Positions 30,612 to 40,056 of a stretch of DNA of 40,634 bases are shown here, one piece after another. Positions within the stretch are counted from its first letter, which is position 1. Each line of letters begins with the position of its first letter. Source of the DNA: an uncultured Anaerolineae bacterium (GTDB lineage: Bacteria > Chloroflexota > Anaerolineae > VGOG01); the NCBI GenBank assembly GCA_964592085.1, contig CAZQDO010000002.1, positions 1 to 40,634 of the forward strand, written 5' to 3'. The notes under the pieces were generated by a model. That model saw only the letters and a list, made by a program, of their open reading frames with translations. It was not told the origin of the DNA and did no database searches. A program made the position numbers and the translations under genes.

Positions 30612-31418
30612 ATGCAAACGACAAATAAGATCTGGAAACGAATCGCATTAGTACTGGCTCTGACCGTGGTGGGCGCATTGGGAATCGGTGGCTGGTTGGC
30701 CACTCGTGCCTATGCTCATTGGCCGGGGGGAGGCTATGGAGGCTACGGCATGATGGGCAGTTGGGGTTACGGAGGCTACCAGAGCTGTGGAGGCTATGGC
30801 ATGATGGGTCCTTGGGGCGGTGCTTATCCTGAAGGCACGCAGACCCTGACCATGGATCAGGCCAGGACAGCCGTGGAGCAATCCCTGGCAGGCTGGAATA
30901 ACGACGATCTGGAAGTGGCCGAAGTGATGGAGTTCAGCAATCACTTTTACGCCATCGTCCACGAGGAAAGCACCGGCATCGGCGCCTTCGAGGTGCTGGT
31001 GGACAAGGTGACCGGCACGCTGTACCCCGAGCCAGGTCCCAACATGATGTGGAACCTGAAATACGGCATGATGAGCGGCTATGGCATGGGGATGATGGGA
31101 GGTGGCTATGGCTACGGTGGCATGATGGGTAGTGGGCAAGGCTATGGGGGCACGAGGGACGGCATGCATGACCCTGACCCCTCGCCGACCATGCCCATTG
31201 ACGAAGCCCAGGCCATTGAGTTGGCCCAAGAGTACCTGGATGCAGTGCGGCCCGTCACCACGGCCGACGAAGATGTCGACGCCTTCTACGGGTACTACAC
31301 CCTGCACGTCCTGACCGACGGCGAGGTGAGCGGTATGCTCAGCGTCAATGGCTACACCGGCCAGGTATGGTATCACACCTGGCACGGAGCCTTCGTGGAT
31401 ATGACTGAGCATGACTGA
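30612..31418 (+). CDS. secreted Gly/Tyr/Met-rich protein with two PepSY-like globular modules; candidate extracytoplasmic Cu(I) binder
   Basis: ATG 30612, with a signal or anchor (IALVLALTVVGALGIGGWLATRAYA). There are two low-complexity blocks, GGYGGYGMMGSWGYGG..GGYGMMGPWGG and GYGMGMMGGGYGYGGMMGSGQGYGG. Each is followed by a ~75-aa module (TMDQARTAVEQ...LVDKVTGTLY and MPIDEAQAIELAQEYL...VNGYTGQVWY). Confidence 0.55.
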   Translation: MQTTNKIWKRIALVLALTVVGALGIGGWLATRAYAHWPGGGYGGYGMMGSWGYGGYQSCGGYGMMGPWGGAYPEGTQTLTMDQARTAVEQSLAGWNNDDLEVAEVMEFSNHFYAIVHEESTGIGAFEVLVDKVTGTLYPEPGPNMMWNLKYGMMSGYGMGMMGGGYGYGGMMGSGQGYGGTRDGMHDPDPSPTMPIDEAQAIELAQEYLDAVRPVTTADEDVDAFYGYYTLHVLTDGEVSGMLSVNGYTGQVWYHTWHGAFVDMTEHD

Positions 31419-31570
31419 GACTTGATGGTCCAGACTTCCGAGGTCTTGTGGAGCAGCTTCGGGCGAGAAATTGCCCGCAGGAGCAACACGGTCTTGCCAC
31501 TGAAAAGCCATCCTTTGACCTCGGGAAACCGTACCATCAGGGGCACTGAGCCGTTCTCCTTCCTGCTGGG

Positions 31571-31612
31571 AAGGGTTCCCCACTGGCTATCTATGGGCGG
31601 GGAACCCTTTCT
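31571..31612 (+). terminator. 11-bp stem hairpin with a short T-run
   Basis: AAGGGTTCCCC (31571-31581) pairs with GGGGAACCCTT (31599-31609), followed by TCTC. Confidence 0.45.
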
Positions 31613-31655
31613 CATGTCCGCCAAATGGCGTGGCTGGAAACGGGTCAAATCCATC

Positions 31656-31684
31656 TTGTCATAAGGCGGTCGCTATGGTATAAT
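31656..31684 (+). promoter_or_regulatory. near-consensus sigma70-type promoter for copB
   Basis: TTGTCA, a 17-nt spacer and TATAAT with an extended -10 TG (TGGTATAAT). It lies about 60 nt upstream of ATG 31747. Confidence 0.55.
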
Positions 31685-31746
31685 GTGTTAAGGTTATGTG
31701 ATCGGCTTGAACGTTCAGGCCGGTCGCGGAAAGGAGGTAGTGTACG

Positions 31747-34002
31747 ATGGAACAAAGCGTGACATTAGCACTCAAGGAGTACATAGGCCCTGACTGCCCC
31801 TGCCGTCTGGAAGACCGCATTCAGGCGCTCCGCGGCGTGCACGAGGCCTACATCAACCCGGTGGCCGACACAATCCGCCTGGTCTACAATTCCGACGTGG
31901 TGAGCCTGGAGCACCTCAAGCATACGCTGGCTCAACTGGGCTGCGCCTGCGAAGGCGAGGAACAGCGGACGGCTCACGCTCATATCGAGCACGAGCACCA
32001 CAAAGCGGAGGGCCACGACCACCACGCCATGATGGAGCAGGACTTCCGACGCCGCTTCTGGGTGGTGCTGGCCCTCACCATCCCGGTACTGCTGCTCTCG
32101 CCCACCATCCAGCAGTGGTTCGGTTTCTCGCTGACCTTTCCAGGCTATCGCTACCTGCTGTTCGCCATGGCCACGGTCATCACCTTCTACGGCACCTGGC
32201 CCTTCTACAAGAACGCCCGCAAGGCGCTGCGGAGCGGCGTGCTGGACATGAGCGTGCTGGTGAGCATCGCTGTCTCAGCGGGCTATCTGTTCAGCGTTGG
32301 CGCCACCTTCTTCTTCACGGCAGTGGACTTCTACTGGGAGATCAGCACCCTGGTGGCGGTGCTGCTGCTGGGCCACTGGCTGGAGATGCGGGCCGTGCGC
32401 GGCACCGCTGGCGCGCTCAAAGAGCTGACCAAGCTCATCCCACCCATGGCCAACCGTGTCGCTGAAGATGGCAGCGTCGAGGAGGTGCCCACGTCGGAGG
32501 TGCGGAAGGGCGACTTGCTGTTAGTGCGTCCCGGCGACAAGGTGCCCATGGATGGCCGCGTGGTCGAGGGACAGAGCAGCGTCAATGAGGCCATGATCAC
32601 CGGCGAATCGAAGCCGGTGGGCAAAGTTGTCGGCGATGAGGTCATTGGCGGCACGCTCAATGGTGAAGGCGCGCTCCGCATCCGCGTGGAGAAGACTGGC
32701 GAGGAAACGGCCCTGGCCCAGATCATCAACCTGGTCAAAGAGGCGCAGGCCTCCAAGCCGCCCGTGCAGCGGCTGGCCGACCGCGCTGCCCACTGGCTGA
32801 CCATCGTCGCCGTGGTGGTGGCGTTGATCACTTTTCTGTTTTGGTTCTTCATCAGCGCACAATCGGCGGTCTTCGCCCTCACCCTGGCGGTGACTGTGCT
32901 GGTCATCGCCTGTCCCCACGCCCTGGGATTGGCCATTCCGGTGGTCACGACCATTTCGACCTCCCTGGGTGCACGCAACGGTATGCTCATCCGCAATGCC
33001 GAGGCCACCGAGACGGCCCGTCGCCTGGACGCCGTGATCTTCGACAAGACGGGGACGCTGACCAAAGGGGAGTTCGGGGTGACGGACGTGGTGACATTTG
33101 GGGGTTGGGACGAGGACACATTGCTGCGGCGCGTGGCGGCGGCGGAGGTCAATTCCGAGCACACCATTGCTCAGGGCATCGTGCGCGCCGCCCAGGAACG
33201 GGGCTCGGTCAGAGACCTTCGCCCAACATTGCCGCAGGCGACTGACTTCGAGGCGATCCCCGGCAAAGGGGCGAAGGCCACTGTCGAAGGGAGTCACCTC
33301 TTCATCGGCAACCGGGCGCTGATGGAACAGATCGGTGTGGCGGTGCCGCACGACCCGCGCCTGGTCGAACTTGGCAGGCAGGGGAAGACGGTGGTCTACG
33401 CGGCAGCCGATGGTAGCCTGGTGGGCGCCATCGCCCTGGCAGATATGGTCCGTGACGAGTCGCGGGAGGCGGTGCGGGCGCTGAAGCGGATAGGTTTGGA
33501 GGTGGCCATGCTCACCGGCGACAGCCGCCCCGTGGCCGACTGGGTTGCTGGAGAACTGGGGCTGGACACCATCTTCGCCGAGGTGCGGCCGGAGCAGAAA
33601 GCCGACAAGGTGAAGGAGCTGCAGCGGCAAGGCAAGGTGGTGGCTATGGTGGGCGACGGCATCAACGATGCTCCCGCCCTGGTGCAGGCTGACGTGGGCA
33701 TTGCCATTGGCGCCGGCACCGACGTGGCGGTGGAGTCAGCGCAGGTAGTGCTGGTCAAGAACGACCCCCGCGACGTGGTGCGCCTGATCCGCCTCAGCCG
33801 GGCGACCATGAGCAAGATGCGCCAGAACCTGGTTTGGGCCACCGCCTACAACATCATCGCCATCCCCATGGCGGCGGGGCTGCTGCAACCACTGGGCATC
33901 GTCCTGCGGCCTGAATGGGGCGCGCTCATCATGTCGGCCAGCACGGTCATCGTGGCCGTCAACGCGCTGCTGCTGCGGCAAGTCGAGTTGGGCGCGACTT
34001 GA
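31747..34002 (+). CDS. copB: P1B-3-type (CopB-like) copper ATPase with a His-rich N-terminus
   Basis: His-rich [17 protein letters not shown], a TM CPH motif ([11 protein letters not shown]), [17 protein letters not shown] in TM7 and MSAST in TM8. The N-terminal HMA-like fold is degenerate and lacks CxxC. Confidence 0.85.
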   Translation: MEQSVTLALKEYIGPDCPCRLEDRIQALRGVHEAYINPVADTIRLVYNSDVVSLEHLKHTLAQLGCACEGEEQRTAHAHIEHEHHKAEGHDHHAMMEQDFRRRFWVVLALTIPVLLLSPTIQQWFGFSLTFPGYRYLLFAMATVITFYGTWPFYKNARKALRSGVLDMSVLVSIAVSAGYLFSVGATFFFTAVDFYWEISTLVAVLLLGHWLEMRAVRGTAGALKELTKLIPPMANRVAEDGSVEEVPTSEVRKGDLLLVRPGDKVPMDGRVVEGQSSVNEAMITGESKPVGKVVGDEVIGGTLNGEGALRIRVEKTGEETALAQIINLVKEAQASKPPVQRLADRAAHWLTIVAVVVALITFLFWFFISAQSAVFALTLAVTVLVIACPHALGLAIPVVTTISTSLGARNGMLIRNAEATETARRLDAVIFDKTGTLTKGEFGVTDVVTFGGWDEDTLLRRVAAAEVNSEHTIAQGIVRAAQERGSVRDLRPTLPQATDFEAIPGKGAKATVEGSHLFIGNRALMEQIGVAVPHDPRLVELGRQGKTVVYAAADGSLVGAIALADMVRDESREAVRALKRIGLEVAMLTGDSRPVADWVAGELGLDTIFAEVRPEQKADKVKELQRQGKVVAMVGDGINDAPALVQADVGIAIGAGTDVAVESAQVVLVKNDPRDVVRLIRLSRATMSKMRQNLVWATAYNIIAIPMAAGLLQPLGIVLRPEWGALIMSASTVIVAVNALLLRQVELGAT

Positions 34003-34020
34003 TGGTCAGACGCAACGTGA

Positions 34021-34077
34021 ATGACTTTTGTCATAGACAGACGGCTGTCCTGATGATATAATTGGGACAGCCGTTTT
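34021..34077 (+). promoter_or_regulatory. conserved intergenic promoter/terminator-like module, copy D (between copB and the methyltransferase)
   Basis: ATGACTTTTGTCAT (34021-34034), TAGACA, a 17-nt spacer and TATAAT (34057-34062). The 9-bp hairpin CGGCTGTCC/GGACAGCCG is followed by TTTT. Confidence 0.6.
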
Positions 34078-34123
34078 GTGGTGAAAGGCTCTCTCGTCGT
34101 GACCTGACCAGGAGAGGCAAATA

Positions 34124-34948
34124 ATGGTTGGACGAAAACGCCAAATCGTTAAGATCAATTCCGTGCCGCTCTACGATCCCTTTAGCGTGGACTACGACCG
34201 CTTTGTCAACTGGGAGGAGCGGCTGGCGTATGAGCTACCCTTCGTTGAGCAGCATTTGACCGCCAGCGGCGCGCGGCGCATATTGGACACGGCCTGTGGC
34301 ACCGGGATGCACGCCATTGCCCTGACACAGCGGGGTTACGACGTGACCGGTGCAGACCTGAGCGCGGGCATGGTCGAGCGAGCGCGGCAGAACACTGCCG
34401 CTGTAGGAGTGGAGGCGCGCTTCGTCGTCGCTGGCTTTGGCGAGCTGGCGGTGAAGCTTGCCCTGAGCAGCGTCGAAGGGGTCGGGAACGGGTTCGACGC
34501 AGTGCTCTGCCTGGGCAACAGCCTGCCCCACGTGCTGACCGCTGAAGCGCTGCACGAGACGCTGGCCGACTTCGCGGCTGTTCTGCGACCCGGCGGGCTG
34601 TTGCTCATCCAGAACCGCAACTTCGATGCGGCGATGGCTTCTCGCGCGCGCTGGATGCTCCCCCAAGCCCACCACGAAGATAACCGCGAGTGGCTCTTCC
34701 TGCGCTTCTACGATTTCAACCCGGACAGCACCCTGACATTCAACGTGGTCACGTTGCGGCGCAACGAGGTGGGCGAATGGGTGCAGCAGGTCGAGGCAAC
34801 CACGTTGTGCCCGCTGCTGCACGCTGAACTACTGGACGCACTCGCAACAGCCGGATTCAGCGACGCCGTCTGCTACGGCGACATGACTGGCGCGCCCTTC
34901 GACCCAGAGACAAGCGGAAACCTGATCATCACAGCGAGGAGGGAGTGA
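34124..34948 (+). CDS. class I SAM-dependent methyltransferase
   Basis: Motif I is ILDTACGTGMHAIALTQRGYDVTGADLSAGMVERAR; post-I/II blocks include DAVLCLGNSLPH. Confidence 0.75.
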   Translation: MVGRKRQIVKINSVPLYDPFSVDYDRFVNWEERLAYELPFVEQHLTASGARRILDTACGTGMHAIALTQRGYDVTGADLSAGMVERARQNTAAVGVEARFVVAGFGELAVKLALSSVEGVGNGFDAVLCLGNSLPHVLTAEALHETLADFAAVLRPGGLLLIQNRNFDAAMASRARWMLPQAHHEDNREWLFLRFYDFNPDSTLTFNVVTLRRNEVGEWVQQVEATTLCPLLHAELLDALATAGFSDAVCYGDMTGAPFDPETSGNLIITARRE

Positions 34949-34949
34949 T

Positions 34950-35711
34950 ATGCGCATCTTAGCCGTCATCTCAGGCGAATACGGTCAGCGGCACGTGGAC
35001 AATATCCGCGCCCACGGCCCCGCAGACTGGGTGGTCGAGGTCTGGCAGTCGCCGGCCGTGCTGCCGCCGGTGATAGACTACCCTGAGGACTATCTGCCCG
35101 ACACGCTCCCGCCGGCCGACCTGATCCTCTCCTTCGGCGAGCATCCCGGCGTGGCGGAGCTGCTCCCCGACATCGCGAAGATGACGGGCGGCCAGGCAGT
35201 GGTGGCGGCGGTGGATAGCGAGGCATGGCTGCCACGGGGACTGGCCCGGCAGTTGCGGGGCTGGCTCCAGAACATAGGCGTGGTGTGCGTGACGCCCAAG
35301 CCCCTGTGCTCGCTGACTGAGACCCACTACAGCATCGCCCGCCGCCAGCGGATCGAGTACGACAATCCCCTGATCGCCGAATTTGCCCGCTACTTCGGCG
35401 CGCCAGACCTGCGCATCGCCGTAGACCCCGACTCGCGCCTCATCACCTCGGCCGAGGTGGTGAGGGACGCTGTTTGCGGCTGTGCTCGCTACGTGGCCGA
35501 GAGGCTGGTAGGCGTTTCGGCCGACGACGCGGAGGAAAAGGCTGGGTTGTTGCACCATCACTATCCCTGCCTGGCCACCATGGGAATAGACAGTGACTTC
35601 GGCGACACCCTGATGCACATCTCCGGCAATTACTTGAAGAACAACGTCCGCCCCCAGGTCAAGCCGTTCAAGCAAGTACGCTACCTGGCAACGGGAGAGC
35701 GGAGTGAGTAG
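34950..35711 (+). CDS. DUF166-family protein (function unknown)
   Basis: Starts 1 nt after the methyltransferase stop. MRILAVISGEYGQRHVDNIR..., HPGVAELLPDIA and the conserved Cys pattern (CVTPKPLCSL, AVCGCARYVAERLVG) resemble DUF166/COG1810 as I recall it. Confidence 0.5.
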   Translation: MRILAVISGEYGQRHVDNIRAHGPADWVVEVWQSPAVLPPVIDYPEDYLPDTLPPADLILSFGEHPGVAELLPDIAKMTGGQAVVAAVDSEAWLPRGLARQLRGWLQNIGVVCVTPKPLCSLTETHYSIARRQRIEYDNPLIAEFARYFGAPDLRIAVDPDSRLITSAEVVRDAVCGCARYVAERLVGVSADDAEEKAGLLHHHYPCLATMGIDSDFGDTLMHISGNYLKNNVRPQVKPFKQVRYLATGERSE

Positions 35712-35838
35712 GCCTGAGGAACCAGGTTTTCCCACCCCGCAGTGCTTCCAGGGGTGTCGAGAGCGCCCACGCTGGGGTGAGTTCCAGGTACAAGAGATTC
35801 CAAAAACCTGGTTTCTGAGTCATAGTTAGGAGGAGTTT

Positions 35839-36603
35839 ATGTTAGAATCTCTATTGGGGCGTAGCCTGACCCTGCTGGGCACGTTGGCCACTGTCGGCAC
35901 AGGGTTAGCCACTGGTGTAGGGGCGCTGCCCATCCTGTTTGTCCACAGCATCTCCGACCGTTTGCTCGACGCCATGTTGGGCTTTGCCGCCGGGGTGATG
36001 CTGGCCGCCACCGCCTTCAGCCTCATCATCCCGGCCATTGAGCTGGGCGGGGTGTGGATCGCTGTGGTGGGCATCTTGGTTGGGGCAGCGTTCCTGGCCC
36101 TGCTGGACAGGTTCCTCCCCCACGAACACCTGATCATGGGCCACGAGGGACCGGCGTCGGCCATGCGGCGGGTCTGGCTGCTGATCATCGCCATCACCCT
36201 CCACAATTTCCCCGAGGGTCTGGCCGTCGGGGTCAGCTATGGCGGCGGCGACATCCCTATGGCCACTTCCCTGGCCATCGCCATCGGCTTGCAGAACATG
36301 CCCGAGGGATTGGCGGTGGCGCTGCCCCTGTTGCGAGAGAAATACAGCAAAGCAAAAGCCCTGGGGTATGCGCTGCTCTCCGGCCTGGTGGAACCCATCG
36401 CCGGGATATTCGGGGTAGTGGCCGTGCAGATCGCCCGGCCGCTGCTGCCTCTGGGATTGGCCTTCGCCGCCGGCGCGATGCTCTACGTGGTCAGCGACGA
36501 GATCATCCCTGAGACCCACCGCAAGGGCTTCGAGCGCGAGGGCACCTGGGGCGTGATGATCGGCTTCGTGGTGATGATGCTGTTGGACAATCTGTTTGGG
36601 TAA
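35839..36603 (+). CDS. ZIP-family divalent metal transporter, copy 2 (ZupT/GufA-like)
   Basis: AGGAGGAG precedes ATG 35839. The motifs are LHNFPEGLAVGV and GLQNMPEGLAVALPL. 254 aa, multi-pass. Confidence 0.85.
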   Translation: MLESLLGRSLTLLGTLATVGTGLATGVGALPILFVHSISDRLLDAMLGFAAGVMLAATAFSLIIPAIELGGVWIAVVGILVGAAFLALLDRFLPHEHLIMGHEGPASAMRRVWLLIIAITLHNFPEGLAVGVSYGGGDIPMATSLAIAIGLQNMPEGLAVALPLLREKYSKAKALGYALLSGLVEPIAGIFGVVAVQIARPLLPLGLAFAAGAMLYVVSDEIIPETHRKGFEREGTWGVMIGFVVMMLLDNLFG

Positions 36604-36665
36604 GGCTGGGCGAGAGGATCATTGCGATGAAGAAGCAAGGCATCCCTGTGACCGAATGAATGAAG

Positions 36666-36704
36666 AAGGCCACGAGAGCTGCGATTCGCAGCTCTCGTGG
36701 CCTT
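36666..36704. terminator. bidirectional terminator between convergent genes
   Basis: Perfect 18-bp stem AAGGCCACGAGAGCTGCG - ATT - CGCAGCTCTCGTGGCCTT, followed by TTTG. Confidence 0.75.
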
Positions 36705-36776
36705 TTGCTTGTTCCGAGCGCTTCCAGCGCGCTCAGTGTAGGCTTCGTCGAAGGGGGCTGCCCTGAGCCATTCAAT

Positions 36777-38336
36777 CTACTGATAGAGGAGTCGCGGGGA
36801 GATCACGTAAGCCTCGCCCGCCTCCTCGCGATCACCCTTGGGGCCATCGGCCGAGTCGGCTCCCACGATGATGTCAGCGAAGCCGTCACCATCCACATCG
36901 CCGGTGGCCACCGAGGTGCCGGCCTGGTCGCCGGCGTCGGTGCCCCAGATGGTCAGGGCATCCCCGTAGGCCAGGTCTAGAATGCCTCCGATGGTTGGCG
37001 ACCCCATCACGATTCTCGCCTCACCAGCTTTGCTTTGGCTTTCGTCCACACCGCCGGCGAAATTTGCTCCGATGACGATCTCGTCGCAACCATCGCCGTT
37101 CACGTCGCCGCTGGCCACGGAGATTCCGGCCCTATCGCCCCTATCGGCTCCGTAAACGGTGAGGTCGGCTTGTGTGCGCAGGTCTACCGATCTCATGTAA
37201 GGGGTCTCGGCGATGGAATCGGAGCCCAGCACCACGTGAACCTCGCCGGCCCAGGTGCGACGATTGGATGGACCATCGGCATAGGTGGCTCCCACCAGGA
37301 GATCGTCGTAGCCATCTCCATTGACGTCTCCACTGGCCACCGACGTGCCGGCCCGGTCCTGGGTATCGGCGCCAAAGATGACCAGGTCGGACCCTCTGCG
37401 GAGGTCGCACACCCTACTCTCGAAGCGCTCCGAACTCAGAACGACGTAGGCTCCGCCAGCCTGGGGGCGATCGTTGTAGGGGCCGTCGGTCCACAAGGCT
37501 CCGACGAGGAGGTCGCCAAACTGGTCGCCGTTGAGATCACCGACAGCTACGGAGGCGCCGACGTGGTCGGCCTTCTCCTCGCCGTAGATGATCAGGTCGG
37601 CCTGGCCGTACATTTCCATGGTGGGTGGGAGGGAGCCCGACCCCAGCACGACGTAGACCTCACCGGCGTCCTCGCGGCGGTGTCCTGGGCCTAGCCCGTC
37701 GGCCCACTCGGCTCCGATGACGATGTCGGCATACGGGTCATTGTTGACGTTGCCGGTGGCCAGTGAGGTGCCGATTTGGTCGCGGAGATCGGGGCCGAAC
37801 ATGACGACGTCAGCCTGGGTACTGAGGTCTATGGAGCCGGCAATGGAGGCGGAGCCGTACACGACGTGGACCTCGCCACATTCGACGCGGCTGTTGCCTG
37901 GGCCATCGGCCCACTCCGCTGCGATCACGATGTCGGCGAATCCGTCCCCGTTGACATCGCCGCTGGCGACGGCGCTGCCGGCATAGTCACGGGCGCCGGC
38001 ACCATAGATGACCACGTCGGACTGGGAGGCGAGGTCTACCGTGCCATAGACATCGGCCGGACCAAACACCACGTAGACACGGCCAGCGAACTTGCGTCGG
38101 TCATCAGGCCCATTGGACTGGAAGGCCCCGATGATGACGTCCTCCAGGCCATCGCCGTTCACGTCTCCGCTGGCGACGGCGTAGCCGGTGTAGTCGTTGT
38201 CGTTGGCCCCACAGATCGTCATGTGCCCATGGGTTTCTGAGGCAACGTCGCCATCAGCCCCGACAACCGAAAACGAGCCGAAGAGTGTGGTGAGCGTCAA
38301 AGCGAGAATCAGCAGTAGAGTCGTCTTCCTTACCAT
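36777..38336 (-). CDS. secreted FG-GAP/integrin-alpha-like beta-propeller repeat protein
   Basis: Signal peptide MVRKTTLLLILALTLTTLFG. About eight repeats of the form G.SVASGDVNGDG..D..IGA...DG.....AGE..VV.G. Confidence 0.8.
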   Translation of the reverse strand: MVRKTTLLLILALTLTTLFGSFSVVGADGDVASETHGHMTICGANDNDYTGYAVASGDVNGDGLEDVIIGAFQSNGPDDRRKFAGRVYVVFGPADVYGTVDLASQSDVVIYGAGARDYAGSAVASGDVNGDGFADIVIAAEWADGPGNSRVECGEVHVVYGSASIAGSIDLSTQADVVMFGPDLRDQIGTSLATGNVNNDPYADIVIGAEWADGLGPGHRREDAGEVYVVLGSGSLPPTMEMYGQADLIIYGEEKADHVGASVAVGDLNGDQFGDLLVGALWTDGPYNDRPQAGGAYVVLSSERFESRVCDLRRGSDLVIFGADTQDRAGTSVASGDVNGDGYDDLLVGATYADGPSNRRTWAGEVHVVLGSDSIAETPYMRSVDLRTQADLTVYGADRGDRAGISVASGDVNGDGCDEIVIGANFAGGVDESQSKAGEARIVMGSPTIGGILDLAYGDALTIWGTDAGDQAGTSVATGDVDGDGFADIIVGADSADGPKGDREEAGEAYVISPRLLYQ

Positions 38337-38619
38337 GAGTATCCTCCTTTGTTGCTTACTAGAGTTTGTTCACAACACTGGTCCGGGCAGACCTCCCCTT
38401 TGCTCCATCCTGATCCAGGCAGTGGCTTCCCGCTATTTACGGTGGCTCACCACACCGACAACCGCCACAGCCTGAACCACGATAGAAGCGCCGATATATC
38501 TCTATTTTACCACGTTTCGACCGTTTTTTGCTTGATGTTTCCTTTGCGACTGCACACTGGTTACCCTACGGTTGCCCTACGGCTGCCTGGCCAGGTGATG
38601 AGAATCTCTGCACTATAGC

Positions 38620-38657
38620 AAAGGCCACCAAAGCAGTTCCCAGCTTTGGTGGCCTTT
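38620..38657 (-). terminator. terminator of the BNR-like/dockerin gene
   Basis: Perfect 15-bp stem AAAGGCCACCAAAGC - 8-nt loop - GCTTTGGTGGCCTTT, about 55 nt downstream of the minus-strand stop. Confidence 0.7.
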
Positions 38658-38712
38658 CGCTTACTGTAAGCCCCGTGGAAGGACATGATGATCTACGGTT
38701 CAACTTGCTTAC

Positions 38713-40056
38713 TCACTCACAACTCTCTCCCCAGTCCACCGCCACCAGCATGACGTCCACGATGTCTATGAGGCAGTCGTCGTTCAGGTCGTAGCGGGCC
38801 TCGTAGTTGGGCGTAGCGGGGTTACCGTCTGGGTCAGGGTTCTCACAAGAAGTCCCCCAGCGGCTGGCCATCAGCATCACGTCCATGATGTCCACGTCGC
38901 CATCATCATCCACGTCGCTAGGGAGAACGCAGGCAGGTCGCGTGCTGTAGAAGATGTCCCAGTTGAAGGCAGAGACCTCCTCGGCCCAGGCGGCGTGAAC
39001 GGTGCTGTCGTTGAGAAACAACGCGGGGTCGGAAATGCCGAAAACGTCGCTGGCCACCTGCTCGCGGTCAGACCACGTGCCGCTGGTGGCGTATAGCTCG
39101 CGTCCCACGATGACGCTGCCCTCGTCCCATAGCAGAAACCCGTGGCCGGCCGAGTTGATACCCAGCGCCGGGAATTTGGCGCTCTCCAACGTGCCCGACA
39201 CGTCGTCGGCCTGGGTCCAGTCGCCCGATTGCCCGGATGCATGGTAGATGGCCGTGTTGGGGCCAAGGGCTTCCTGCCAGACGATGTGCACGGTGTTGTC
39301 GGGTGCCACTGCGATGGAGGGGACTGTCGAGGCATCATCTGGCGTGGCGGAGATGTTCTCCGGAAGGGACCAGGAACCCCCGCTGAACTGCATGTACCAG
39401 ATCTCGTCCAGGCCGGTGTCCGTGTCCTCACTCTGCCAGGCCAGGTGAAGGACGCCGTCGGAGCCGATGGCCAGTGCCGGCGCACTGCCCGACCCATTGG
39501 GGATGGGGAACGTTGACCACGCGCTTCCATCGCTCGACTGCCCGTGGTAGAGAGTTGTCTCCCCGCCCGTGTTGTCCGCCCAGATGATGTGTAGGCTGTT
39601 GCCGGGCGCGGAGGCGATGACGGGCGCAGAGGAGACGCCGGAGGTGGCGGAGACGTTCACCGGCAGTGTCCAGCCGCCACCATCCCAGCGGGTGTAGAAG
39701 ACGTCGAAGATACCTCCCATCTCGGAGACGAAGGCCATGTGCACCCCGTCGCTGCTGTCGAGGGCCAGCGACGGGCTGTCGCCCAGCACCGCCTCGGCCG
39801 GCGCCGACCACGAGCCGCTGCTGCCGCTGGTGTGGTAGATGCTCTCTTCCTCTTCCCACGCCACGTGTACGGTTCCGCTTCCCGTGACCACCAGGCTCGG
39901 CACCCGCGAATCGGTGGCGGTGTTGGCAAGGTTTTCCGAAGTCGCCCACACCTGTAGCGCGCTGGCAGCCAGGGGGGCATCCCCGGCGGCGGCTGAGGAT
40001 GCCCCGATCACTATCACACTACAGAGAACGGTAACGAGAAGAGAGGCTCTGTGCAT
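38713..40056 (-). CDS. secreted BNR/sialidase-like repeat protein with a C-terminal dockerin-type module
   Basis: Signal peptide MHRASLLVTVLCSVIVIGASSAAAG. There are repeated S.DG..H.AW / W(S/T)..(V/I) blades. The C-terminus has duplicated Ca-binding loops, DVDDDGDVDIMDVMLMASRWG and DLNDDCLIDIVDVMLVAVDWG. The ATG overlaps the upstream stop (TGATG). Confidence 0.65.
   Translation of the reverse strand: MHRASLLVTVLCSVIVIGASSAAAGDAPLAASALQVWATSENLANTATDSRVPSLVVTGSGTVHVAWEEEESIYHTSGSSGSWSAPAEAVLGDSPSLALDSSDGVHMAFVSEMGGIFDVFYTRWDGGGWTLPVNVSATSGVSSAPVIASAPGNSLHIIWADNTGGETTLYHGQSSDGSAWSTFPIPNGSGSAPALAIGSDGVLHLAWQSEDTDTGLDEIWYMQFSGGSWSLPENISATPDDASTVPSIAVAPDNTVHIVWQEALGPNTAIYHASGQSGDWTQADDVSGTLESAKFPALGINSAGHGFLLWDEGSVIVGRELYATSGTWSDREQVASDVFGISDPALFLNDSTVHAAWAEEVSAFNWDIFYSTRPACVLPSDVDDDGDVDIMDVMLMASRWGTSCENPDPDGNPATPNYEARYDLNDDCLIDIVDVMLVAVDWGESCE

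Noticed and set aside
31422-31664. 80-aa plus-strand ORF and the overlapping 93-aa minus-strand ORF (31373-31654) between the Met-rich gene and copB
   Set aside because: There is no RBS and no recognisable motifs. The region contains a terminator-like hairpin (31571-31612) and a promoter (31656-31684), so it is more plausibly non-coding.
35712-35838. Known riboswitch (Mn yybP-ykoY, NiCo czcD, Mg M-box) upstream of the second ZIP gene
   Set aside because: I could not recognise the conserved loop sequences of any of these classes by eye. Only generic stem-loops are visible. It is reported as an unclassified structured leader instead.
38337-38712. Possible small gene or RNA in the 375-nt gap between the FG-GAP and BNR/dockerin genes (track ORFs 38349-38618 and 38528-38794)
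   Set aside because: The translations are compositionally odd and have no start context. The gap contains the strong terminator at 38620-38657 and presumably the FG-GAP promoter. No tRNA-like or other RNA signature was recognised.
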